Origin: a virus
Taxonomy: Duplodnaviria > Caudoviricetes
DNA length: 40,570 nucleotides
IMG/VR virus record: IMGVR_UViG_3300020043_004790
Location: 1 to 40,570 of that record
Strand: one strand, 5' to 3'
How positions within the stretch are numbered: position 1 is the first letter of the stretch; every line of letters begins with the position of its first letter. The position numbers and the translations under genes are program-made. Under the pieces are notes generated by a model. It ran no database searches and had not been told where the DNA came from. It worked only from the letters and a program-made list of their open reading frames with translations. This document shows positions 1 to 6,994 of the stretch, one piece after another.

Positions 1-166
1 GGGTCTCCGTTAACTATTCTGCTTATCTTCATACTGATAAGCTCAAGTGCTTCCTTTTGTGCGTCAGTACACTTATCCCAGCTCTTACCACCTCTAAACG
101 CTTCTTTTATTCTCTGAGAAACTTCTGCGTTGGTACTAAACTTCCCGTACCTACCACCTCTCTCCT
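1..166. repeat. Terminal direct repeat, left copy (circular assembly overlap or terminal redundancy)
   Basis: Matches 40405-40570 except T76 vs A40480. Confidence 0.97.
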
Positions 167-188
167 TCAGTACTTTCTGTATGTTCAT
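1..188 (-). CDS. DUF6378-like phage protein, 5' part (continues at 40404..40323 across the junction; 89 aa total)
   Basis: Hand translation MNIQKVLKERGGRYGKFSTNAEVSQRIK...KISRIVNGDPSYKDSWVDIAGY. ERGxxYG and DSWxDIAGY motifs; ATGA overlap with the upstream gene. Not in the ORF track. Confidence 0.8.
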   Translation of the reverse strand, partial: MNIQKVLKERGGRYGKFSTNAEVSQRIKEAFRGGKSWDKCTDAQKEALELISMKISRIVNGD

Positions 189-382
189 TTAAGTGTTTTA
201 GCGAGCTTTACCATCTCTTCTAGGTATTCTAATAATGTGTCTATATGAAAAACGCGAGGATCTTTCCCCGCTGGGTTACGTTCTATGCACCAATCTAGAT
301 GGCTATCTGCACTATCCCAATATTTACGGATAGCAGATACAGTGGCTTCTCGCTTTTGTTTGGTTGAAAGCTTCTGCGCCAT
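185..382 (-). CDS. Hypothetical protein (65 aa, MAQKLSTKQKRE...)
   Basis: 3' part of ORF 185..538. Start moved to ATG 382 because the upstream sequence folds as a leader; ATGA coupling to the next gene. Confidence 0.7.
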   Translation of the reverse strand: MAQKLSTKQKREATVSAIRKYWDSADSHLDWCIERNPAGKDPRVFHIDTLLEYLEEMVKLAKTLK

Positions 383-384
383 GT

Positions 385-542
385 GTGAAAACTGAGAACT
401 CACGATATTCTCAATTCTCACAAACGAGCACAAGCTCATTTGGTGGCGGGATTTTGGCTTACCCTTTGTGTGCTGATGTTTATGAAGTGGGTGAGCAAAC
501 ACGCATATCGAAAACAGATTGAATGTGACTTGGTACATCAGC
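385..542 (-). ncRNA. Structured 5' leader (three stem-loops)
   Basis: GCTGATGT/ACATCAGC stem (472-479 with 535-542), hairpin 421-442, hairpin 385-421 ending just before the ATG. Confidence 0.5.
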
Positions 543-544
543 CG

Positions 545-570
545 AAAGTACCACTTCTATAGTTTGTCAA
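545..570 (-). promoter_or_regulatory. Sigma70-like promoter
   Basis: TTGACA-N14-TACTTT with TGG before the -10; DnaA-type box TTATGCACA at 580-588. Confidence 0.5.
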
Positions 571-598
571 GAACTTGCGTTATGCACAAGGGTATGTA

Positions 599-627
599 TT
601 GGCAATGTGGGGATAACCGTCTAGTAT
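599..627 (+). promoter_or_regulatory. Sigma70-like promoter for the counter-oriented gene at 711
   Basis: TTGGCA-N17-TAGTAT; DnaA-like TGGGGATAA in the spacer (608-616). Confidence 0.5.
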
Positions 628-710
628 TATGCTAGTGGGTTAGTTTAGTTAAAACCTGCCCAGAGGGTAGAAGCTGGTAGAACCCAGCACCCACACCAAG
701 GAGGAAACAA

Positions 711-941
711 ATGGGAGTTGCAGATTATGCTAAAACTCTAAACCTCTCAGTGGAGCAATTCTTTCACTGGAGCTACAGTCGGGCAGGGCATCTTTATCAA
801 AAAGAGCTACCACCTGACAAAGCGTTTGAACAGTACAAGTTCTGGGGCAAACTCCCCATGTACGTTGTAAGTCAGATGCGCTCTCTCAAACTTGCAGAGA
901 CCTTTAGGAGGATTCGTGAAAAATACACACACGTTTCATGA
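711..941 (+). CDS. Hypothetical protein, moron-like counter-oriented gene
   Basis: 76 aa ORF with SD AGGAGG (699-704), its own promoter and a downstream terminator. Confidence 0.75.
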   Translation: MGVADYAKTLNLSVEQFFHWSYSRAGHLYQKELPPDKAFEQYKFWGKLPMYVVSQMRSLKLAETFRRIREKYTHVS

Positions 942-1012
942 GCAATACTGGTATCTGATGTTTGTTTAGAGAGGAGGTGATTCTCATCTCGCAGCCTAGG
1001 CGTTATTAGGCA

Positions 1013-1042
1013 AAGCACCTCGTCTATTGGGGTGCTTATTTT
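1013..1042. terminator. Intrinsic terminator, probably bidirectional
   Basis: AAGCACCTC-gtctatt-GGGGTGCTT followed by ATTTT, lying between convergent genes. Confidence 0.6.
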
Positions 1043-1044
1043 AG

Positions 1045-1347
1045 TTACAGTGTTGCAATAAACTCTTTTATCGTCTTGCCTTCTGCGAGGGCGTCTATCA
1101 TGCGGTGCATTCGGTTCTTCCAATCAGCGCACTCTTCCTTTGAATGCCCCCAAGAGCCGGGTTCGTCGCTGTTCTTGTGTACATCGCAGTACCACCCCTC
1201 CACCTTCCCCACGGCTTTCCATGCTTCGGGCTGTAGTAATATCCATGAAGGGTTAAGAGTTGCGTGCGACTTTTGTAGCACTGTGTCTGGTCCACGATAG
1301 ACCCACCCTCCCTCTATCGCCTTCTCGATGAATGTTTTTATTTCCAT
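1045..1347 (-). CDS. Hypothetical phage protein
   Basis: 100 aa, tightly packed in the leftward operon; 'IEKAIEGGW...PEAWKAVGK...MHRMIDAL' pattern. Confidence 0.8.
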   Translation of the reverse strand: MEIKTFIEKAIEGGWVYRGPDTVLQKSHATLNPSWILLQPEAWKAVGKVEGWYCDVHKNSDEPGSWGHSKEECADWKNRMHRMIDALAEGKTIKEFIATL

Positions 1348-1349
1348 AC

Positions 1350-1556
1350 CTACTTAATATTATCTGATAAGAATTTTTCTAGTTTGATTGGAGAAAGTAC
1401 ATAGTCTAGCTCTGTTGCTTGGATATTCTCTGTTTCAAGCCATAGTGGTGTTATATTATATCGGTAACTTCGTGTTTTCCAATTCACGTAAAAGGATATT
1501 TTTTTCTTCCACCACAACGCACCCACATATACATCCATTAGTTTTTCTTCCTTCAT
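1350..1556 (-). CDS. Hypothetical protein
   Basis: 68 aa, packed in the operon. Confidence 0.7.
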   Translation of the reverse strand: MKEEKLMDVYVGALWWKKKISFYVNWKTRSYRYNITPLWLETENIQATELDYVLSPIKLEKFLSDNIK

Positions 1557-1681
1557 ATAGATTGATGATTAGTATCCTCCTTCCATTCGGTGGAGAGGTG
1601 TTTAGGGCAAGCACTTGGAAACCCTATTTCCTGTTCGCGCCACTCACAAGCATCGCACCCCTTTGTATTCTCTGTGGTCAT
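1553..1681 (-). CDS. Small hypothetical protein (CxxC...CxxH, possible Zn-binding)
   Basis: MTTENTKGCDACEWREQEIGFPSACPKH..., ATGA overlaps at both ends. Confidence 0.6.
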   Translation of the reverse strand: MTTENTKGCDACEWREQEIGFPSACPKHLSTEWKEDTNHQSI

Positions 1682-1845
1682 ACGTTTGTTTGATTAGCTT
1701 TTAGGGCTAGCCACACTCCAAGCGCGACAACGGCTGCTGTGATTGTCGCATTTCCATCAGGTTCGTTTACTGCCACGAACCGATTCATAACGGCTGAAAC
1801 TTGTGCTGTAAGCGCGAACGCAATCAGTGTATATCCAGTTCTCAT
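1678..1845 (-). CDS. Small membrane protein (55 aa, two hydrophobic segments)
   Basis: MRTGYTLIAFALTAQVSAVMNRF...ITAAVVALGVWLALK; ATGA overlap. Confidence 0.6.
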   Translation of the reverse strand: MRTGYTLIAFALTAQVSAVMNRFVAVNEPDGNATITAAVVALGVWLALKANQTNV

Positions 1846-1851
1846 AGTGAT

Positions 1852-2409
1852 TTAGTTAGTTTTCTCCTCCTTCAAGGCTTCTATTCTTTGGAGGGTTTCT
1901 TGCTTTATATCATTTCCTGGCGCTTCGTAGGGCCAGCGATTCTCACTTACACGCTCGGTCTTTATGGCGCTAACCACCCCAATAACCTCATCCAATATCT
2001 TTTGTTTGTGGTCTTGGAGGGTTTCCTTAAAGAGGTTCTTTAGTTCGGACGCGCCTGGCTCTACATCGCCATAGCAAATATAGTAGGCAAGGTTATCTAT
2101 CTTCTCTGCCCACTCAGGCTGAATGTCTTGGTGGGGGCATTTCTTGTCGCGGAAAGCTTCGTCCGAGCAGTGGTACGTTTCTGTGCTTAACGGTTTTCCG
2201 TGGATGCTTTTCTCTTGGGGTGGAAGTTTCACATCAGGATAGTATTTTAGGACTTCTTCGCGCGACATAAGCTCCGATGTATTTACGGCTTCTATCTGGT
2301 CAGAACCCAATATCTTTGCAAAGTCATCAGAGTTCATCCAGTCAGTCCAAATCCCGTCCTTTTTGACGCGAAATTTCTTTTTGCACCCTCCCTGTATAGA
2401 GTTAGTCAT
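1852..2409 (-). CDS. Hypothetical protein
   Basis: 185 aa ORF in the operon. Confidence 0.75.
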   Translation of the reverse strand: MTNSIQGGCKKKFRVKKDGIWTDWMNSDDFAKILGSDQIEAVNTSELMSREEVLKYYPDVKLPPQEKSIHGKPLSTETYHCSDEAFRDKKCPHQDIQPEWAEKIDNLAYYICYGDVEPGASELKNLFKETLQDHKQKILDEVIGVVSAIKTERVSENRWPYEAPGNDIKQETLQRIEALKEEKTN

Positions 2410-2506
2410 AGGTTTTTGTTAAGGTAAAACATTTTGGCGGGAAATCTTGGTGAGAACCGAAGAGATACCCACACCACTCGCACCATATCCATTTAAAGAG
2501 TTTCAT
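2402..2506 (-). CDS. Small hypothetical protein (34 aa)
   Basis: MKLFKWIWCEWCGYLFGSHQDFPPKCF..., fills the operon gap. Confidence 0.45.
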   Translation of the reverse strand: MKLFKWIWCEWCGYLFGSHQDFPPKCFTLTKTYD

Positions 2507-2515
2507 ACATTCAAG

Positions 2516-2887
2516 TTAGTGTGAGTGGTTACTTAGGGGTTGTACATCGTTAAGAGTTATGATTAGTTCTCCTGGGATACTGAACGTATTGCTTCTCTGT
2601 TTGGCGATTTTCCAAGCACTTTCTATGTCGGTTGCTTCTATAATCTCAGTACCAGGAATTACCGTATCACCGAAGAATCCTAGCTTGGTACCCGTAAAAG
2701 AGACTTTGTATTTCATACGGTTAGTGTGAGTCTTTGGGGAGGTTTCTAGAGCTTGGCCGACCAATTCAACTCTAAAAGTCGCATTCTCTACTTCGTGACC
2801 GCCCTCTCGGATACACGCCTTAAGACCAAGGTTTGCGCGAATCTCGTCGGTTGCGGACACGACAACTATCAGTGCGTATTGTTTCAT
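2516..2887 (-). CDS. Hypothetical protein (possibly two fused small genes)
   Basis: 123 aa; internal ACTAACCGT-ATG resembles this genome's intergenic starts. Confidence 0.65.
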   Translation of the reverse strand: MKQYALIVVVSATDEIRANLGLKACIREGGHEVENATFRVELVGQALETSPKTHTNRMKYKVSFTGTKLGFFGDTVIPGTEIIEATDIESAWKIAKQRSNTFSIPGELIITLNDVQPLSNHSH

Positions 2888-2908
2888 AAGAATAGTTAGG
2901 TACGGTGG

Positions 2909-3070
2909 TTAGGTTGGTTCTCCTTCGTAAGGTGCATACTCTTCCAGGAAGTAAAGGAATTTTTCAAGGCACGCTTCACCGCGCATTCCCATACCTATCC
3001 AACGTTCGGTAGCTGTAATAAGGTCTTCCTCGGAAACTTTCCCAAGAGCAATAATTAGTTTTTCTTTCAT
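2909..3070 (-). CDS. Small hypothetical protein (53 aa)
   Basis: MKEKLIIALGKVSEEDLITATERWIGMG..., fills the operon gap. Confidence 0.6.
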   Translation of the reverse strand: MKEKLIIALGKVSEEDLITATERWIGMGMRGEACLEKFLYFLEEYAPYEGEPT

Positions 3071-3088
3071 ACAGTAATAGATAGTGGG

Positions 3089-3340
3089 TTAGAAGGGTTG
3101 ATCTGATAAATTGTTTTCAGGGTATTCCTGCTTTTTGGGCTTGAAGTCATTAACCACGAAGTAGAGCTTAGTACCGTCTTTTGATTGCAGGAGGTCTAGG
3201 TTTACCCACTCTCCTCCTTTTTCTCGGAGAAATTCGATAGCCTCCTCAACCTTAATAGACATAGAACCTTTCACGAAGTCGGGAACCCCTGGTTTAGGTC
3301 GTTTAAAAATAAACCCACGCGCAAATTGTTTTTCAGCCAT
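3089..3340 (-). CDS. Putative single-stranded DNA-binding protein
   Basis: Follows ERF; beta-rich 'PDFVKGSMSIK...WVNLDL' and an SSB-like C-terminal ...DQPF. Confidence 0.55.
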   Translation of the reverse strand: MAEKQFARGFIFKRPKPGVPDFVKGSMSIKVEEAIEFLREKGGEWVNLDLLQSKDGTKLYFVVNDFKPKKQEYPENNLSDQPF

Positions 3341-3344
3341 ATAT

Positions 3345-3782
3345 TTAGATTGTGAAATTGTCTTTTAATGGGTCGCCTACAGCATCTTGAACTCCTTTAA
3401 CCTTTTTAGGTGTTGCAGAGGCCGTATTGCCGTCATCATCTTCGTCCTCAAGTCCAAGCATAGCTATAAGAGCATAGCGTCGTGCGTAGGTAATAGCACC
3501 ACCTAGCTTTTGCATATCAGTAGCACCAACATAAGGAATAAATGATTCTATCTTTGTACCGTCTTTCACGTCTATAAGCTCTGTCATAAGCCCAGTAGTG
3601 CCTGATGTTGGACTTATCTCACCACGTTGGACTATCACCACCTCCATATCAGCTAGTGGTTTCTGCACCTTCTCTAGCACTTCGTTTAGTGAGGTGTACT
3701 TATTTTTAAAGAACGGGTTGGTTGCATCCTTCTCTATCGTGATATTGAGTGATTTGAACTTAAGTAGTTTTTCGTGAATCAT
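3345..3782 (-). CDS. erf: ERF family single-strand annealing recombinase
   Basis: KDATNPFFKNKY...Q.LGGAITYARRYAL..LGL...DDDGN signature. Confidence 0.93.
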   Translation of the reverse strand: MIHEKLLKFKSLNITIEKDATNPFFKNKYTSLNEVLEKVQKPLADMEVVIVQRGEISPTSGTTGLMTELIDVKDGTKIESFIPYVGATDMQKLGGAITYARRYALIAMLGLEDEDDDGNTASATPKKVKGVQDAVGDPLKDNFTI

Positions 3783-3784
3783 AG

Positions 3785-3964
3785 TTAGTATATTTGTTCT
3801 TCTGCGGTTAATAGTAGATCGTAGTATTCCTGTTCTTCTTCCTTGCTTTTGAATCCTTCGTTCTGGGTTGGTTTATCGTCTTTCGTTCTGTAGTCGTTTA
3901 GGCAACGGTCTGGGTGTAATGACCAGTAGTCTACTCTAGTAAGGTACTGACTTGGGTGTTTCAT
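3785..3964 (-). CDS. Hypothetical protein (MKHPSQYLTRVDY...)
   Basis: 3' part of ORF 3785..4042; ATGA overlap with the YopX stop. Confidence 0.65.
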   Translation of the reverse strand: MKHPSQYLTRVDYWSLHPDRCLNDYRTKDDKPTQNEGFKSKEEEQEYYDLLLTAEEQIY

Positions 3965-4341
3965 ACCTCCTTTTGAATTAGGTGTGGATGTTCGTATACG
4001 TTGCCGATAACTTCGCGCTCCGAGCAGTAGACAGCGTCCCATCCACCAATACGTGTTCCGTATGGCCCGATGGTGACCTCGCCAATTTGACGAACATATT
4101 TTGGTTCTCCTGCTCGTCCGCTTGCCTCTACATCGTGTCTAACAACATACCCCTCATAGATCTCAACACCGTTCTTGTCGTGCAGTCCTGTGGATTGCAT
4201 TGGTTTTATCATTGGATAGGCACCCAGTATTTCACAGTTTCCGTCTCCTCTTTCAGTAAACCATATTCCACGTCTTAAAAAGACATCACCATACATTACT
4301 CTATGAAGAGAGTCCCACGCCATGAATTTTATTGGTCTCAT
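3961..4341 (-). CDS. YopX family protein
   Basis: IKFMAWD...MQSTGLHDKNGVEIYEG...EVIGNVYEHPHL signature. Confidence 0.93.
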   Translation of the reverse strand: MRPIKFMAWDSLHRVMYGDVFLRRGIWFTERGDGNCEILGAYPMIKPMQSTGLHDKNGVEIYEGYVVRHDVEASGRAGEPKYVRQIGEVTIGPYGTRIGGWDAVYCSEREVIGNVYEHPHLIQKEV

Positions 4342-4481
4342 ACGAAACTAAAAGCTAGTAGTACAAGAATTACTCCTAGAGTAAGTACTGCGGTAAGTAG
4401 TGGACGTTCTTTCTTAACTTTCACGCTGGAAATCTCGTTCATATCTACTTTTCTTTGAGAGGGGAAGTTGTATTTTTTCAT
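4338..4481 (-). CDS. Small protein with C-terminal TM helix (47 aa)
   Basis: MKKYNFPSQRKVD...LLTAVLTLGVILVLLAFSFV; ATGA overlaps at both ends. Confidence 0.65.
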   Translation of the reverse strand: MKKYNFPSQRKVDMNEISSVKVKKERPLLTAVLTLGVILVLLAFSFV

Positions 4482-4585
4482 ATACCTAGTTCGTTAGTGA
4501 TTTCTTTTAAGATGGTTAGTGTTTTTTCTTGGTCTGCGCGAAGTGCTTTCAATTCCGCGAGTAGTTCTTCTAGTGCTTCGTTCAT
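4478..4585 (-). CDS. Small coiled-coil protein (35 aa)
   Basis: MNEALEELLAELKALRADQEKTLTILKEITNELGI; ATGA overlaps. Confidence 0.65.
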   Translation of the reverse strand: MNEALEELLAELKALRADQEKTLTILKEITNELGI

Positions 4586-4738
4586 ACAACACGCATCTTA
4601 TTTGCTAGTGACTTCTTCTCCTGAGAAAACCAGTGCATGAATCTTGCTTTATCACCTGATTTACAATCACAGTATTCAAGATCACCAGCTTCGGTAAACA
4701 CTACTCCTGATGCACATTCGTTTTTACAGTTGTTCATA
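4582..4738 (-). CDS. Small Cys-rich protein (MNNCKNECASG...YCDC)
   Basis: 3' part of ORF 4582..4782, ATG start near 4738 after AAACTT; first gene of the leftward operon. Confidence 0.6.
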
Positions 4739-4752
4739 AGTTTTCGCTTGAT

Positions 4753-4912
4753 TTGGCAGACGGCATGTGAGTCATCTGCCAAGTTAAACGCACATGCTTT
4801 TAATTTGTTCCTGTAAGTGCTTGCGGTGAGATAGATTTCTGCGGGAGTTCTGCCTCTCTCCTTCGCGCATTTAATTCCATACTATCTATCCCACTCCAAA
4901 CACTCAAGGAAC
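4753..4912 (-). ncRNA. Structured leader of the leftward transcript
   Basis: ~29 bp imperfect stem (4884-4912 with 4807-4836, three G-U pairs on the minus strand) plus 10 bp hairpin 4753-4782. Confidence 0.65.
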
Positions 4913-4938
4913 TGTACCGCTAAGGTGGGTACATAGGT

Positions 4939-4986
4939 ACTATACCTCGCTATCCACTTGCACGCAAGCACGCATAGTGCTACCCT
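4939..4986. promoter_or_regulatory. Divergent overlapping promoters
   Basis: Minus: TTGCGT-N17-TATAGT. Plus: TTGCAC-N17-TACCCT. Palindrome CTTGC-AC-GCAAG at 4957-4968; DnaA box TGTGTATAA at 4986-4994. Confidence 0.65.
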
Positions 4987-4995
4987 GTGTATAAC

Positions 4996-5112
4996 GTGAA
5001 AAAGACAGTAAATATACGGGTTTTTGAGGACTCTTGGAAACGACTTAAAATAAAAGCAACACGTTCCCGAAAGACCTTGATGGAGATTATTGACGAACTT
5101 TCAAAACAATAA
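4996..5112 (+). CDS. Putative ribbon-helix-helix transcription regulator (38 aa)
   Basis: (M)KKTVNIRVFEDSWKRLKIKATRSRKTLMEIIDEL shows a beta-alpha-alpha pattern and occupies the Cro-like position; GTG start. Confidence 0.7.
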   Translation: MKKTVNIRVFEDSWKRLKIKATRSRKTLMEIIDELSKQ

Positions 5113-5114
5113 AT

Positions 5115-6014
5115 ATGATTCCACGAGCATCTGAAAGTGAAGGATACCAAGTGATTCCTACTGGCTTGCCACAGCTAGATCACATTTTAGGTATTGGTGG
5201 TATTCCTTTTAAGAGGATTACAGAAATATCCGGCAAGTGGTCAGTTGGTAAGACTACTCTTGCGTACTCGATTGTGAAGTCTGCACAAGAGATGGGTGTT
5301 GAGTGTATCTGGGTTGATGCCGAATGGAGTTGGGAGAATCTATACGCGAAAGAGATGGGTGTTGATCTTGATAAACTTGGGCTACTACAAACACGACATG
5401 CAGAAGATTCGCTCGATGAGATTCTTAACTATTTAGAGAAAGGAGGGAAAGATACGTTGTTTGTTATTGATGCAGTAGGTGCTCTACATCCGCGAGAAGA
5501 AGCAGAGAAAGATTCAGGCTCAAGAACTATTGGTGCACAGTCGTCTCTTGTCGCTAGATTCTGTAGAAAGGTAGTACCACTACTTGCACTTAATAACTGT
5601 GCGTTGGTTGTTCTTAACCACGAATACACCCCGATTGAAGCAAATGGTGGACGACCACAAACTAAAACTTCAGGTGGAGCTAAACTTGAGTACCACAAGT
5701 CCATTTGGATTCGTTTGAAGAAGAACGGTGTATATCTAAAACAAGGAGATGAGTTTGTAGGGTTTAAAGTTGAGGCAGAGATTGGAAAGAACAAGCTCGC
5801 AGCAACACAGCGAAGAACCTGCACTATTGATATGTTTTATGGTAAAGGATTTAGTGCGGTATCTATGTTACTTGAACAGGCTATAGACAAGGGTGTTATT
5901 ACGCGAAGTGGCAACACTTTCTTTATCGGAGAAACGAAGCTCGGTATGATCTCTAAAGTTAGAGAGTGGATAGCAATTCCCGAGAACGCAGAAAAGGTTA
6001 AAAGTTTAATGTGA
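5115..6014 (+). CDS. recA: RecA/UvsX-like recombinase
   Basis: IPTG...LD..LGIGGIP..RITEISG..SVGKTTL, WVDAE, TSGG..L.Y, KNK motifs. Confidence 0.93.
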   Translation: MIPRASESEGYQVIPTGLPQLDHILGIGGIPFKRITEISGKWSVGKTTLAYSIVKSAQEMGVECIWVDAEWSWENLYAKEMGVDLDKLGLLQTRHAEDSLDEILNYLEKGGKDTLFVIDAVGALHPREEAEKDSGSRTIGAQSSLVARFCRKVVPLLALNNCALVVLNHEYTPIEANGGRPQTKTSGGAKLEYHKSIWIRLKKNGVYLKQGDEFVGFKVEAEIGKNKLAATQRRTCTIDMFYGKGFSAVSMLLEQAIDKGVITRSGNTFFIGETKLGMISKVREWIAIPENAEKVKSLM

Positions 6015-6168
6015 GAAAGCTCGATGAACGATTCCAAAAGTGCGATCTTTGCGGGGTAAAAACATACCCCCCAGCAGCAGGGGTATACAACAGAAACAAG
6101 GATTTATGGACATGCCTACGTTGTCCACAGTCAGATACTAGGAGTTTAGGTCTGTAGATTGTAGTATT

Positions 6169-6239
6169 GAGGTTAATGCACCGTCGGCATTACTTACGCA
6201 TTAACTTCAGTACCCATTTCCCGACGGTGGTGGGTACTG
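6169..6239 (+). ncRNA. Two-hairpin (kissing-loop) cis element upstream of the replication initiator
   Basis: Stems GTTAATGC/GCATTAAC and CAGTACCCA/TGGGTACTG; loops ACCGTCGG and CCGACGGT are complementary. Confidence 0.65.
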
Positions 6240-6256
6240 GATTTAGTACATAAGTT

Positions 6257-6994
6257 ATGGCAAACCGTCGGATGTTTAGTAAAGAAATAACAAACTCGTC
6301 TGAGTTTCAGATGATGTCTCCTTCTGCTCAAGCTTTGTACCTACATATAGGTATGAACTCTGATGATGATGGTTTTTGTGAAGTGTTCACTATTGTGCGA
6401 ATGACGGAAAGCAAACCAGACGATCTAAGGGCATTACATGAACGTGGTTTTGTCTACCTAGTAGATAGCAAGGTCGGTATTGTTAAAGATTGGCATACAA
6501 ACAACGATATACGTTCTGATAGGTATACCCAGAGTAAGTACCTAAATGACCCAAAGTACGGAGAGACATATAAGACAATTATGCAGGATAAGATACAGCA
6601 CCTTTCTAGGTACAAACCACTACTATCTGGTAGTACAAGTGGTATTACACAGGTTAGGTTAGGTAAGGATAGGTTAAATACTGGCGAAGTTGAAACTTCG
6701 CAGGAAATAATAGAAGTCAAAGAAGACCAGAAAGAACCTAAGAAACCAGCTAGGTACAAGAATGCTCGTACTGTCTTTTCGTGGTTCCCGAACCCTCAAA
6801 AGTCGTGGAATATGAATACTACCGAGCTTGAGTACGGCTTACTCCTTTTCGAGCGAGGTGAGGAGAAAGTAAAACAAGCCCTACAGTACGTTAAAAACCA
6901 CTCACAAGAGGAGTTCTTCCCTCAAGTGAATAAACCATCCGACCTTGAGAAGAAATGGTTGGACATAGCTACCTATGCGAAAAGAAACAGTTAA
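6257..6994 (+). CDS. Phage replication initiator / replisome organizer
   Basis: N-terminal MANRRMFSK.I..S..F..M..SAQALY.H.GM..DDDGF and QVRLGKDRL linker, typical of the family; directly upstream of the helicase. Confidence 0.85.
   Translation: MANRRMFSKEITNSSEFQMMSPSAQALYLHIGMNSDDDGFCEVFTIVRMTESKPDDLRALHERGFVYLVDSKVGIVKDWHTNNDIRSDRYTQSKYLNDPKYGETYKTIMQDKIQHLSRYKPLLSGSTSGITQVRLGKDRLNTGEVETSQEIIEVKEDQKEPKKPARYKNARTVFSWFPNPQKSWNMNTTELEYGLLLFERGEEKVKQALQYVKNHSQEEFFPQVNKPSDLEKKWLDIATYAKRNS

Noticed and set aside
6600-6680. AGGTT/AGGTA repeats in the initiator gene as iterons
   Set aside because: They encode the family's QVRLGKDRL linker; I could not define clear longer iterons, so the origin is left uncalled.
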